From an uncultured Candidatus Saccharibacteria bacterium (GTDB lineage Bacteria > Patescibacteriota > Minisyncoccia > UBA6257 > Colwellbacteraceae), in the NCBI GenBank assembly GCA_964609135.1, contig CAZSQQ010000001.1, forward strand, positions 56,673-120,672: a stretch of DNA of 64,000 bases. The letters are read 5' to 3'. The notes beneath the pieces are model-generated. The model was not told the origin of the DNA and did not search any database. It saw only the letters and a list, made by a program, of their open reading frames with translations. How positions within the stretch are numbered: position 1 is the stretch's first letter; each line of letters begins with the position of its first letter. This document shows positions 16,897-26,824 of this stretch, one piece after another. Position numbers and translations under genes: made by a program.

Positions 16897-18907
16897 TCTT
16901 CTTCAAGGTTAAATTTATAATCAATCTCGCCGGCAATTCTTGAGTTGCATAATGAAAAATTGGACTCTTGGTTTCCTCGAAAATAAAACCGTTTGGGGCT
17001 TCCAAGTTGTATTCAAAATCAGACTCAACACCGGACTGCTTTTCAAAAATAAATTGGTACTTCGCGCCGTCGGAAACGTTTACCCGCCCCTTGCCGGTAT
17101 AAGACAAGCTTAACTCGCCGGTCTTGCCGGCGGCCACATCAAACCAAGCGGCAAAAACTTTCTTGCCGGATTCTTTGTTGGTTTCCGCGCCAAACTTATC
17201 CAAAACTTCCCTTGTATCTTCAATCGCTTTCAGGTTCGCATCTCTCGTGTAACCAGCTTTATCGTAATTGATCCGTGCGGCGATTCTCCTGGGGGTACTG
17301 CCAGCTAAAAAACCGAGACGAGAATCCGGATGGGTAAAAACTTTCAAGAAATTCCGGTTCACGGCCCGATACCAGCTCTCCTTTTCTCTTTGTCCCTGAT
17401 GGGCGCGCCTCACAGTCAAGTCATTGACAACCGTACCGTCGCCTTCAATGCTGGAATTCAGGGAAATATTCTGTTTCATGAAGGCATCGCTCTTGCCGCC
17501 GGAGACGTTGGCGTTAACCACCGCCAGATAATCGCCGCTAAAACGGGCTGGCAAAGACATTACTTCGCCAGAGGCGCCATATTGGCGGGAAAACTTCTCC
17601 AAATTCTCGTCTCGGAAGAAAACCTTGATATCCTTGTTATTCAAGCGATAACTCAAATCTTGCAGGAGCTTTTTTGTATCATCATCGTTCAAGTCTTTCA
17701 GGCGTTCAACTAAAATGGGAGCAATAACACTAAGGATTTTCTTGGGATTAGCCCCTGGCTTTTTATCCCGGCCGGCTTCCACTTCAGACTGAACCTGTTT
17801 CAAGAAATTCGAGTCATCCAAAATAAGCTTGTATTGCTTGACCTCGATCGGGCCCGTTATCCGGAGCAAATCCTCAACCACCCTGATATTCAAAGCTATG
17901 GTCCCCACAAACTTGATATTGGCGTTGCCGTAAACCGGGGAGCTTTCTAAAAATTGCATCATCTTCCCGGCTGAAACCGGAAAATCAAAAAACCAATTGG
18001 CGTCCCTCGCTCCCCAGTCGGTTGTTACCGCTTGGAGCTCTAGAGGCGGCACAACTTTTACTTTCAGGAATCTGTCCGGATAGTAAATGTCGTTCACGTC
18101 GATTTTCTTCACCTTCCCGCCCGCAAAAATCACGTCGGCATAGCTCCCTACGAATCCTCCGGCCGGCCGCATTTCCGAGGGGTTTTCAAAAGCGACAAGC
18201 AGATGTTTTTCTTCGGGACCCTCGACAAGGCTCACAAGCGAGGTGATACCGTCACGAAATCTGGAGAGCTCCGTTGTGAGACTTAAATAATTGGCGTCAA
18301 AATCGGCCGGCAAGGCTCCGAATCTCGATGCCTTGTTTCTTAAGTCCGTGCCGATTGTATCAAGTGAATCGAGGTTCTTTTTAATGTCTTTCAATGTGTG
18401 AGGGAGATCGCCTTCTTCGCCAAAAACCATTTTGAGCCCGTTCTCCTCGAGATTAGCGGCGTCGGCGTTAATCGCCGTCATAACCCGGGTAAGCTCCTCA
18501 AGTTTATCGAACGCTTCCGGAATCTCTTTTAAAATTGGAATAATCTTCAACAATTGAAATCTGCCGTCCAAACTTTCAACTTGGGAGCTGACGGTCGTAA
18601 GCGAATCGGAAACGTTTTTGGTCTCTAAATTGGAAAGTTGTTCCGAGATTTCCCTAAAATTACTGAAAATACCGGTGAGAGACCGCTCAACGTCTCTTTT
18701 CAAATTTACAATCTGAAAGCTTAAAAATATCCCGCCGATAACGAGAACGATAAATGATATCAAGAACGTCCTTTCGAAAAATCGGGAGAGTTTTCCCTGA
18801 CCGATATTCAAGTTCGGAAATCTGTCTTGAGAAATCTTTTTCTTGGGATGCCGGATGTCAATCAAACTCGGGTCAATATTCTTTTTGGAAAATTTTTTAT
18901 TGCCCAT
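16889..18907 (-). CDS. DUF4012 family membrane-anchored protein
   Basis: NPSEMRPAGGFVGSY, RDANWFFDFP, VVNANVSGGKSD, KQSG. Confidence 0.85.
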   Translation of the reverse strand: MGNKKFSKKNIDPSLIDIRHPKKKISQDRFPNLNIGQGKLSRFFERTFLISFIVLVIGGIFLSFQIVNLKRDVERSLTGIFSNFREISEQLSNLETKNVSDSLTTVSSQVESLDGRFQLLKIIPILKEIPEAFDKLEELTRVMTAINADAANLEENGLKMVFGEEGDLPHTLKDIKKNLDSLDTIGTDLRNKASRFGALPADFDANYLSLTTELSRFRDGITSLVSLVEGPEEKHLLVAFENPSEMRPAGGFVGSYADVIFAGGKVKKIDVNDIYYPDRFLKVKVVPPLELQAVTTDWGARDANWFFDFPVSAGKMMQFLESSPVYGNANIKFVGTIALNIRVVEDLLRITGPIEVKQYKLILDDSNFLKQVQSEVEAGRDKKPGANPKKILSVIAPILVERLKDLNDDDTKKLLQDLSYRLNNKDIKVFFRDENLEKFSRQYGASGEVMSLPARFSGDYLAVVNANVSGGKSDAFMKQNISLNSSIEGDGTVVNDLTVRRAHQGQREKESWYRAVNRNFLKVFTHPDSRLGFLAGSTPRRIAARINYDKAGYTRDANLKAIEDTREVLDKFGAETNKESGKKVFAAWFDVAAGKTGELSLSYTGKGRVNVSDGAKYQFIFEKQSGVESDFEYNLEAPNGFIFEETKSPIFHYATQELPARLIINLTLKKND

Positions 18908-18916
18908 GTGCTGAAA

Positions 18917-19519
18917 TCATACGGCTGACGGATCCGAAAGCAAAATTTCGAAGGTCTTAAGGATTATTTTGATATCAAGCCAAATTGAGACATGCTTCAA
19001 ATAAAATTCGTCAAGCTCCAATTCTTTGGAGAACGGCAGACTTGATGCGCCGCTTACTTGTGAGAGACCGGTTACTCCCGCGCGAGACTTCGTCAAATCC
19101 TGGTATTCGGGGGGGTATCCTTGAACCTCTTGCGGTTCATGGGGCCTGGGGCCAACCAAGGCCAGCTCGCCCCTTAAAACGTTCAAGAGTTGAGGGAATT
19201 CGTCTATTCGAAACTTCCTTAGGAATCGCCCCGTGGTTGTGAGCCTCGGGTCCTTACTAATCTTAAAGAACGGGCCGTCGGTCCGTTCGTTCAAATGCTG
19301 AAGTTTTTCCTTCATCCGGGGCGCCCCCTCTATCATTGACCGGAACTTATAAACTTTAATGATTTTGCCGTCGCTAATTCGGTCCAACCTTGCGAAAACC
19401 GGCCCCGAACTCTCAATCTTTATGGCAACCGCAATCAAGGGCAGAAAAGGAAGTAAAATTAGGAGGCCAAGGGTGGCCCCCAAAACGTCCTCCACACGTT
19501 TCCAAAAAGGATAATTCAC
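18917..19519 (-). CDS. Polyprenyl glycosylphosphotransferase (bacterial sugar transferase)
   Basis: YKFRSM, DPRLT, IDEFPQL, VGPRP, GVTGLSQV. Confidence 0.93.
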   Translation of the reverse strand: MNYPFWKRVEDVLGATLGLLILLPFLPLIAVAIKIESSGPVFARLDRISDGKIIKVYKFRSMIEGAPRMKEKLQHLNERTDGPFFKISKDPRLTTTGRFLRKFRIDEFPQLLNVLRGELALVGPRPHEPQEVQGYPPEYQDLTKSRAGVTGLSQVSGASSLPFSKELELDEFYLKHVSIWLDIKIILKTFEILLSDPSAV

Positions 19520-19536
19520 GATAGAATTATTATAGT

Positions 19537-20655
19537 ATGAAAGTCGCTTTAGTTCACGATTATTTGAATCAGTTCGGTGGAGCGGAAAGAGTTTTGGAAA
19601 CTTTGACAGAGCTTTTCCCGGAAGCGCCTATCTACACCCTCTTCTACGATAAAGAGGGCGTGAGTAATAAATTCTCGGGCAAGGAAATAAAAACCAGTTT
19701 TTTGGACAAGCCCTTCATAAGAAAAAGGCACCGCCTCTTCATTCCTCTCTTCGCCAAAGCCGCCGAAACCATGGATTTGGGAGACAATTACGATTTGATT
19801 ATTTCTGATTCTTACGGATTCGCCAAAGGCGTGAAGTACGCCCGGGGGTTCCATATTTCCTACATTCACACTCCCCTCCGCTATGCTTGGGAGCCGGAAT
19901 TCTTTCTCCACACTCTCTTCCCTAAGCTCTTTATTAAATTGGCTTCCCCAATCGTTAATTATTTGCGGGGATGGGATAAGAAAACCTCCGAGAGGCCGGA
20001 TCTGCTGCTTACCAATTCCGCCCACACGGCTAAAAAGATAAGGAAATTTTACGGCCGTGAGTCCACCCTGCTCTACCCGCCGGTTGACTCAAAAACTTTC
20101 TATCCGGATAAATCCATAAAGGCTAAAAATTATTACTTGGCCTTCGGAAGAATCGTTCACTTCAAAAGATTCGATTTGATTGTCAAAGTTTTTAACGATC
20201 TGGGGTTGCCGCTAAAAATCGCCGGCGTTGGTCCCGAAGAGAAAAATATCCAAAAACTTATCAAGTCTCCGAACATAGAATTTATAAACAGATTCCACGG
20301 TGAAGACGAATTAAGAAAACTTATTTGCGGAGCCAAAGCCGTTATATTCCCTCAAGCAGAAGACTTTGGACTGGTCGCCGCAGAGTCTATCGCCTGCGGC
20401 ACGCCGGTCATCGCTTATGCAGAAGGTGGGGCTTTAGAAATAGTAAAAGATGAAATGAATGGCATTCTCTTTAATGAACAAAACCGCGAATCGCTCATCC
20501 AGGCCATTAAAAAATTCGAAAAAATACCCTTCGACAAACGGAAAGTGGCCAAAACATCGAAGGTTTTCTCTAAAGAGATTTTTGAGAAGGGTTTAAGACA
20601 AATAATTGACTCGATTCAGCCTATAATCCAAGTTCGGGAGCAATCTCCTGCATAG
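19537..20655 (+). CDS. Glycosyltransferase family 4
   Basis: HDYLNQFGGAERV, HTPLRY, EDFGLVAAESIACGTPV. Confidence 0.92.
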   Translation: MKVALVHDYLNQFGGAERVLETLTELFPEAPIYTLFYDKEGVSNKFSGKEIKTSFLDKPFIRKRHRLFIPLFAKAAETMDLGDNYDLIISDSYGFAKGVKYARGFHISYIHTPLRYAWEPEFFLHTLFPKLFIKLASPIVNYLRGWDKKTSERPDLLLTNSAHTAKKIRKFYGRESTLLYPPVDSKTFYPDKSIKAKNYYLAFGRIVHFKRFDLIVKVFNDLGLPLKIAGVGPEEKNIQKLIKSPNIEFINRFHGEDELRKLICGAKAVIFPQAEDFGLVAAESIACGTPVIAYAEGGALEIVKDEMNGILFNEQNRESLIQAIKKFEKIPFDKRKVAKTSKVFSKEIFEKGLRQIIDSIQPIIQVREQSPA

Positions 20656-21175
20656 CTTTTAAGGCCATCTCCACGAATTCCTTTAAGGTGATGCCTAATT
20701 TTTCCTCGCAAAGGGTAATTTGCGCCCTATTAACATTTCTTGCGAAAGCTGGCTCGTCAAACCTGCGCAAAATAAAGTCGGTATCAATCGAATTTAGCTT
20801 TTTATCTGGATGAATAAGAGCTGCAGCAACTATGAGCCCTGTTAACTCATCGCAAGTATAAATCCCCCATTCCATCTTGGACTGCGGTTCAACGCCAGAA
20901 TATTCTTTATTGTGGCTTTTGATAGCCCGCATCACCTCCGGTTCAAGCTCTTTACCAATTCGTTCTTCCAATTCAAGCGTGTGTCTTTCCGGATTATCTT
21001 TGGTTAGTTCGTAATCAGCATCGTGAAGCAAACCAACAAGTCCCCATTTATTTTCATCTTCCTTAAAATGGTGAGCCAGAGCTTTCATTACAGCTTCAGT
21101 CGCCAAATGATGCTTCACCAGATTCTGGTTTTTAACTAAATCGGTAAGGATTTTATAAGCTTGGTCTCTATTCAT
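20621..21175 (-). CDS. HD (HDIG) domain phosphohydrolase
   Basis: KHHL, GLLHDADYE, SHN, DELTGL; start MNRDQ. Confidence 0.88.
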   Translation of the reverse strand: MNRDQAYKILTDLVKNQNLVKHHLATEAVMKALAHHFKEDENKWGLVGLLHDADYELTKDNPERHTLELEERIGKELEPEVMRAIKSHNKEYSGVEPQSKMEWGIYTCDELTGLIVAAALIHPDKKLNSIDTDFILRRFDEPAFARNVNRAQITLCEEKLGITLKEFVEMALKAMQEIAPELGL

Positions 21176-21614
21176 CAATTTTTCTCCACATGCTTCTATA
21201 AGCGCCTTCTGTAGTAAACCCAAGTTTCTTATACCAATCCTTCAGTTCTTCATTATTATCCTCTACAAATATAGCAATTTCATCGTGTCCATGATCTTTT
21301 AGTCTTTTCATTGCCTCTTCCATTAGCTGTTGCCCTATCCCTTTTCTTCTGAATTCTTTTCTCACAGCTAAGCGGAAGACATAGGGGTAGATATCATCTA
21401 CTAGAAAAACATTTCCAACTACTTGGTCATCAACGACTGCAACAACAATGCTATCTGGTTTTTCTTGAGATCTTTTTCGAAGTCTCTCCTCTCCATCCCA
21501 TTCTTCCCAAAAGAGATTTCCCTCTTGAAGATTTTGTTTAACAGCTGGGAAGTCTGTTTCTAAATTGTAATTTCTTATTTGAGCAGTTTGAATATTTGGC
21601 TCCTTTTCGCTCAT
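21168..21614 (-). CDS. GNAT acetyltransferase
   Basis: LAVRKEFRRKGIG, WYKKLGF. Confidence 0.9.
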   Translation of the reverse strand: MSEKEPNIQTAQIRNYNLETDFPAVKQNLQEGNLFWEEWDGEERLRKRSQEKPDSIVVAVVDDQVVGNVFLVDDIYPYVFRLAVRKEFRRKGIGQQLMEEAMKRLKDHGHDEIAIFVEDNNEELKDWYKKLGFTTEGAYRSMWRKIDE

Positions 21615-21667
21615 AAGTTAATGATAACAAAGTTTGTAAGAATTTTGTAAGCTTGGTTGCGAGTCAT
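21611..21667 (-). pseudogene. Relict duplicate of the 5' end of the HD-domain gene
   Basis: MTRNQAYKILTNFV versus MNRDQAYKILTDLV at 21175. Confidence 0.8.
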
Positions 21668-22128
21668 ATTTTATCTACCACTTCTAAAGCTTTATCCAAA
21701 AGACTAAAAGATTTGTCAAAAACAAATCTCCCCCTGAACTTCTTATTTTCTAAAAATAGCGGTATCCAATATTGATCATCCGGCCACATTTCAGAAAAAG
21801 GAATCTCATTAATGTTAAACCATTGCGGCTTCATTTCCTCGGTCTCTACAGGTTCACCCTCGAAATCTAAAACTTTAAACAAATGGACTTCGTCAATATC
21901 GGAGTTTCCTTCAACTGTAAACTCTAAAATACCAACTGGTTCTAGGCCCTTGGTTCGAATACCAATTTCCTCATAAACCTCTCTTTTAGCAGCTTCTTCT
22001 ATTCCTTCTCCATCCTTAATCTTGCCGCCAAAGCCATTCCACTTTTTGTCGCCCCACCCTCTCTTTTTCATACCTAAAAGAATTTGTGGAGGTTTATAAA
22101 TTAAGCAAAGAGTATAAAATTTCTTCAC
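21664..22128 (-). CDS. NUDIX hydrolase, MTH1-like 8-oxo-dGTPase
   Basis: LLGMKKRG.G..KWNGFGGK, REVYEE, ETEEM.PQWF, MWPDD. Confidence 0.9.
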   Translation of the reverse strand: MKKFYTLCLIYKPPQILLGMKKRGWGDKKWNGFGGKIKDGEGIEEAAKREVYEEIGIRTKGLEPVGILEFTVEGNSDIDEVHLFKVLDFEGEPVETEEMKPQWFNINEIPFSEMWPDDQYWIPLFLENKKFRGRFVFDKSFSLLDKALEVVDKI

Positions 22129-22129
22129 C

Positions 22130-23110
22130 TTATAATCTTATCTCTTTTTCCAACCAAGGGATATGCTCATTTTTTCTTCGCCAGAAAAGATCTTCCCAGA
22201 TATAATGAACGGCCAAGTGCTTATATTTTCCGTATCTTTCCAGATATTTTAGAAGCTTCTTTACTGATACAGGTTTTTGCGGATCTCTTCCGAAGAAAAG
22301 CTTGGAATATATCTTCTGCTCCCACGGTGAAATGTGATTAAAGAAATCCCAATGGTGAAAAATATCGAAGAGTAAATACCAAACAGTGGCCGGACCAACA
22401 CCATAGAGTTTTAAGAGTTCCTCCATTTGGGTTTCCCTATCTTTACTCCTTAAATCAGCTTCATCAATTAACTTTTTGGCAAATTGCTCATCTACTTTCT
22501 TAATACGCTTGGCTCTATACCCAACTTTCAAACTCCTTAATTTAGCTTCGGAGACTCTAGCTAGCCTCCCGGGTGCCCAAAAACACCAAAGCTTTTGTCC
22601 ATCGAATTCAACAAGGGTTCCGAAGTTTTCCATAAGAGCCTTAAACATCTGTACGGATCTTCTAACGGAGGCGTTCTGGAGAACCATCCCGATAATCAGA
22701 TATTCATAGAGCGAGCTGGGATGACCCGGCCTCATTCCCCTCCATTTTTTGATGACCGGCCCCAGCAACCTATCATTCTTAAAGCTTTTATAAAAATCCT
22801 TTAAGTCCAACTCTAAGTTATAGAGATATTTAACTTCTTCAATTAAAGAATCAATAAAGCTTTTAGATAACTTTTTCTGACAGTAAATTCTGACTTCAAT
22901 CAAGGGCTTACTAACTGTTCCCTTGTTTATAAACTTCAAACCTAATGGCACTCCTTGCCAATTCCAGGTCTGCCAGCGAATCCCGGGCTGCCACAAATTA
23001 TCTCCAGAAGTGAAATGATCTGGTTTATGGAAAGTCGAGTCAAAAGCAAAGGGAGCTGTTGGTTTTATTTTAACAATCCTCCTTAATTTAAATCTTATTG
23101 GCCCCTTCAT
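22130..23110 (-). CDS. HhH-GPD DNA glycosylase (OGG/AlkA-like)
   Basis: LQNASV, VGYRAK, LLKLYGVGPATV. Confidence 0.8.
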   Translation of the reverse strand: MKGPIRFKLRRIVKIKPTAPFAFDSTFHKPDHFTSGDNLWQPGIRWQTWNWQGVPLGLKFINKGTVSKPLIEVRIYCQKKLSKSFIDSLIEEVKYLYNLELDLKDFYKSFKNDRLLGPVIKKWRGMRPGHPSSLYEYLIIGMVLQNASVRRSVQMFKALMENFGTLVEFDGQKLWCFWAPGRLARVSEAKLRSLKVGYRAKRIKKVDEQFAKKLIDEADLRSKDRETQMEELLKLYGVGPATVWYLLFDIFHHWDFFNHISPWEQKIYSKLFFGRDPQKPVSVKKLLKYLERYGKYKHLAVHYIWEDLFWRRKNEHIPWLEKEIRL

Positions 23111-23801
23111 TGACTGATGCTATCTCGGGATTTTTATTTAGAACAACACACCAAAAATATCTCTCATAAATTTTACCCTCGAATTTACTGGGCGCATACA
23201 ACAACTCTGCCGATTCTATCTTCAATGGGAACCAAAGTTTTGCTATTTCTTCAATGGTAAACGTCCTCTCCATAAGACCGACTTCTGGAATCACATAAGT
23301 ATTCTCTTCCGGACCAGGATGTTTATCTATTAATCCCTTGGCTTCTTCATCCACACTACGATCAAGGGTACACAAAAGGAATCTTCCACTATTCTTCAAA
23401 ACGCGCATAACCTCCTTTACATATCTATAAAAATCCTCCTTGGTAAGAAGCTGAGATGTTAGTATATCTATAACGTAGTCAAAAGATTCATCTGGAAACG
23501 GCAGTCCGTTGGAAACATCACACACTGCGTAATTTACATCAGGAGATCTATCCTTAGCTTTATTAATTGCAACTTCGGACACATCTATTCCAGTAACATC
23601 GAACCCTTGCTTAGCAAGCCAACTAGCATTACGTCCTACGCCGCAACCGATATCAATAAGTTTACCCTCAAGTGGAATTCCTCTTGCTTTTAAATATCCA
23701 ACAAATTTGGGGACTGCTACACTCGGTTTATCAGAAACGAGATCCTGAAAGGCAGGGCCCCTTGAATATTCTTTATCCCAAAATTTAGCCGAATCTCTCA
23801 T
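23088..23801 (-). CDS. Class I SAM-dependent methyltransferase
   Basis: IDIGCGVGRN, LPFPDESFD, RVLKNSG. Confidence 0.9.
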   Translation of the reverse strand: MRDSAKFWDKEYSRGPAFQDLVSDKPSVAVPKFVGYLKARGIPLEGKLIDIGCGVGRNASWLAKQGFDVTGIDVSEVAINKAKDRSPDVNYAVCDVSNGLPFPDESFDYVIDILTSQLLTKEDFYRYVKEVMRVLKNSGRFLLCTLDRSVDEEAKGLIDKHPGPEENTYVIPEVGLMERTFTIEEIAKLWFPLKIESAELLYAPSKFEGKIYERYFWCVVLNKNPEIASVNEGANKI

Positions 23802-24280
23802 TTCTTATCTATAACCAATCCTCCAATTACTCTATGAAAAAAAACTAATTCATTTTTATAATAAATTTCTTCGTAACCTGAGAATTCTTCTACATCCCCT
23901 TCTTGGTCATATTTATATTCCCAGTCTCCATCTTTTAAATTATGAGGGCCTCTAAAAAATTGAAAATTTCGCTCATCCGTTGACATTGCCTTTTTAAGGA
24001 ACTTGAAGGTTTCATTAGTCAAATCTTCTTTACCCTCAATCATTCCCCCGCCGTATAATGCTGACCATACCGGCTTTCCTTTATAGCGGATAAGTTCCAT
24101 TCCGCGGGATTTAATGTGTCCGGTGTAGCTATCTCTATAATAAAAGTCTCCTTCCCTATATTCTAACTCATGAAAATCTTTTCGTTCTGGTTTTACTTCT
24201 TTACCACCTCCGACATAACTACTGCTGACAGAATTTAGTAGAATTCGCCGAATTGATTTTAGTAAAGTCTTCTTAGTCAT
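23798..24280 (-). CDS. DUF5680-like protein
   Basis: YRDSYTG, VWSALYGG, FRGP, FSGYEEI. Confidence 0.75.
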   Translation of the reverse strand: MTKKTLLKSIRRILLNSVSSSYVGGGKEVKPERKDFHELEYREGDFYYRDSYTGHIKSRGMELIRYKGKPVWSALYGGGMIEGKEDLTNETFKFLKKAMSTDERNFQFFRGPHNLKDGDWEYKYDQEGDVEEFSGYEEIYYKNELVFFHRVIGGLVIDKK

Positions 24281-24764
24281 GCCTTTGCCATTCTTGATTG
24301 ATTCCTTTCCTTTTATTGTCTGCTAATACTAATTCATCGGAAATACCATCAATCAAGTCATAGCTTTTGGCCTCTTCCAAGTTAACCCAGGCAAAGTCGT
24401 CTGATTCTTCTTTTTGAAGGACGACATCATGAGAAACATAATCGGCCAAACAAGAAATGACCAGAGATGGAACGCCGTCCTGGTGAATCGTAGCTAAGCT
24501 GGTCACATATTCAATGTTGTCAATCTCTATGCCAACCTCTTCTTTAACTTCCCTTCTTAAAGTTTTCTCCAACACATTATACCAATACTCTTTGGTATCT
24601 TTTTCTAAATTAACGTAGTCGCTGGTATCAAGTCTGCCTCCTGGTACGGTCCACATTCCTGGAAATCTTTTCTTTTTTGGCGAACGTTTGATAATGAGAT
24701 ACTTACCGTCTTTGACAATAATCGCAGTAATAACTACTTCGTGTAAATATTTATTATTTACCAT
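24273..24764 (-). CDS. NUDIX hydrolase
   Basis: WTVPGGRL ... LRREVKEEVG. Confidence 0.9.
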   Translation of the reverse strand: MVNNKYLHEVVITAIIVKDGKYLIIKRSPKKKRFPGMWTVPGGRLDTSDYVNLEKDTKEYWYNVLEKTLRREVKEEVGIEIDNIEYVTSLATIHQDGVPSLVISCLADYVSHDVVLQKEESDDFAWVNLEEAKSYDLIDGISDELVLADNKRKGINQEWQRHD

Positions 24765-24807
24765 TACACTTATGTCCCTTGCGACTCATCTAAGATAATA
24801 CGATGCC

Positions 24808-24831
24808 TTAACGACCATGGCAATGCTCGAA
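24808..24831 (-). repeat. Relict secA 3' end, copy 3 (FEHCHGR*)
   Basis: TTC GAG CAT TGC CAT GGT CGT TAA; 20-bp identity with 25543-25562. Confidence 0.75.
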
Positions 24832-24834
24832 ATG

Positions 24835-25464
24835 TTAGTTAATTAGGGTACCGCGGAAAAAAATGGAAAGATTACGACTTGATATATCAGGATTGGCCGA
24901 GTCATACAAAAATGTTTGCCACCCAAAATCTTGGGCGGTTTTTACATTGCCAAGACTATTTTCAACAAATAAAATGTCGCGTCCTTTTACTCCCGCCTTT
25001 TCTTCTGCCAACTGAAAAATGCGCGGGTTGGGTTTTCGGACACCTTCAATGCTGGAATCAATAATCACATCCCAGGCAATTTCTGGCAGAAGCCCACGTT
25101 TTTTAATGGCTGCAAACATTCCAGGGTACATGTCAGTCAAAAGACCAACCCGACAGTGCCGGCGGATCTCGTCAATGACCGGCCAAATGGATTTGTTTAT
25201 TTCGAAACGGTTGACAAAACCGTCCAGAAGCAATGAGTATCCGTCAGGAAGTTTTGTACCGAATTTTTCTTTAAACAGCGGAAGTAAGGTATCAACATCT
25301 CGGCCTACGCATACTTCGTCCTCGTATTGCTTCCAAAAATTTTTAAACTCCTCGTCGTTTTCGGCTGTGATGCCAAGCTCCTGTTTCAACTCAGCCCATT
25401 TATCGGTACCACTAAAGTCCAGTTCTACAACTCCGCCTAAATCAAAATATACGAATGAGATCAT
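24835..25464 (-). CDS. HAD family hydrolase
   Basis: FDLGGV, RKPNPRIF, LFVEN. Confidence 0.88.
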   Translation of the reverse strand: MISFVYFDLGGVVELDFSGTDKWAELKQELGITAENDEEFKNFWKQYEDEVCVGRDVDTLLPLFKEKFGTKLPDGYSLLLDGFVNRFEINKSIWPVIDEIRRHCRVGLLTDMYPGMFAAIKKRGLLPEIAWDVIIDSSIEGVRKPNPRIFQLAEEKAGVKGRDILFVENSLGNVKTAQDFGWQTFLYDSANPDISSRNLSIFFRGTLIN

Positions 25465-25546
25465 TTTATTAATTTGGGTAATGACACTTTATGCTTCGGC
25501 CCTCCGGCCTCGCTCAGGGCGGGCAAGTTCAGGATTGCGCATTGCC

Positions 25547-25567
25547 TTAACGACCATGGCAAAGCCT
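25547..25567 (-). repeat. Relict secA 3' end, copy 2 (RLCHGR*)
   Basis: AGG CTT TGC CAT GGT CGT TAA just after the UDG stop. Confidence 0.7.
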
Positions 25568-25576
25568 TAACTATTT

Positions 25577-26233
25577 CTATACTCGCAGGAATTCTCTTAA
25601 AATTTTTGCCGATTCTCGTGGATTGCCTCTACCAATGGGGAAGTAACAGAGTATAACTGGCACATCTAATCCTGAAATTTTCTCGGATACTATTCTGGTT
25701 ACAGAAAAATTTCTCAAATAATCAGACATCTTTATATTCTTACCGGTAAGTGTCTTAAATACCAATGCTCCAAAGGCAACGATGTATTTCGGATTTACGA
25801 GCCTGACTTCTTCCTTCAAGATGTTTAATTGGTCATGAATCACTTCCCTGCTTGGATATTTACCGTGGCTATAGCAGCATTTCACAATGTTGGTTAGAAA
25901 AAATTTATTTTTAATAAGTTCCTTCTGGATTTGCCTAGTATGGTCAGTATCCCAATCCGATCTTTTCGGCAAACCATACGCCACTTTTTTATTTATCAAT
26001 CCCCCATCTGCTAAAACCCTCCAAAATTGTCTCACACCTATGAATGGGAATCTTATTCCCTTATAGCCTGGCCGCGAACTCAAATTTCTATAGGTCGGAT
26101 TAATCAGGATGAGCATCAATCGAGGATTTATAGCTCCGAATCCGTGAATATGCTGTAATTTATTCCTAGTCGTTTTGCAAAATTTGCAGCCATCTACTTT
26201 CTTATATAAGGTTTCCAGTTTCTTATTTCCCAT
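25577..26233 (-). CDS. Uracil-DNA glycosylase superfamily protein
   Basis: CKFC, PFIG, TNIVKC, P..IVAFG. Confidence 0.75.
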   Translation of the reverse strand: MGNKKLETLYKKVDGCKFCKTTRNKLQHIHGFGAINPRLMLILINPTYRNLSSRPGYKGIRFPFIGVRQFWRVLADGGLINKKVAYGLPKRSDWDTDHTRQIQKELIKNKFFLTNIVKCCYSHGKYPSREVIHDQLNILKEEVRLVNPKYIVAFGALVFKTLTGKNIKMSDYLRNFSVTRIVSEKISGLDVPVILCYFPIGRGNPRESAKILREFLRV

Positions 26234-26243
26234 GACACCTTTT
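26223..26243 (-). repeat. Relict secA 3' end, copy 1 (KRCHGK*)
   Basis: AAA AGG TGT CAT GGG AAA TAA; 15 bp identical to secA 26831-26845. Confidence 0.85.
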
Positions 26244-26247
26244 GATC

Positions 26248-26817
26248 TTATTCTTGCTGACGCAGAGATTTATCAAAAGCTATAAATTCTCTGACTATTT
26301 CATCAACGCTCTTTTCTCCATCAAGGATCTTAGCCGGAAGATGCCATTTGTCAGTAAGTTTCTGAAATTCCTTCTCATATTCCATAATATACTGACCATA
26401 CATTTTGTACTCCTGTTCTTTGCTCATCCCCTCTGGGAAAAGTGCCCTATCTCTCAATTCCTTACTTATTCTTTGTAATGCGGTTTCAGGAGAAACCTTT
26501 AATAGAAGTAGGGCGTCGAATCTTTTAACCCAATCACCCGTAACCGAAGTGGTCTTTCCTCGTACTAAATTCAAGTAATGCCCATCGGTGATCATATTTT
26601 CGTGCCTCTTCAGTATGGTTTCCATCATTTCGCTTAGTCTGCCCAATTTATATTCATGGGGAAGACGACGGAGCGTTTCATAACTTCCTCTAATTCCAAG
26701 AAGGGTCATGAACGCTCGGCTGCCCTTTATGATTTCGAACTCAGGCCGGGCTTCCTTAATCTTCAGAAGCAATGTAGTTTTTCCAGACCCATTCACACCG
26801 CCGAAGAAATATTTCAT
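26248..26817 (-). CDS. P-loop nucleoside monophosphate kinase-like protein
   Basis: GGVNGSGKTT, ITDGHY. Start MKYFF; the longer ORF overlaps secA. Confidence 0.75.
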   Translation of the reverse strand: MKYFFGGVNGSGKTTLLLKIKEARPEFEIIKGSRAFMTLLGIRGSYETLRRLPHEYKLGRLSEMMETILKRHENMITDGHYLNLVRGKTTSVTGDWVKRFDALLLLKVSPETALQRISKELRDRALFPEGMSKEQEYKMYGQYIMEYEKEFQKLTDKWHLPAKILDGEKSVDEIVREFIAFDKSLRQQE

Positions 26818-26824
26818 ATAATTC

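Noticed and set aside
20621-26817. Classical integron
   Set aside because: No integrase, and no attC palindromes with RYYYAAC/GTTRRRY ends recognised
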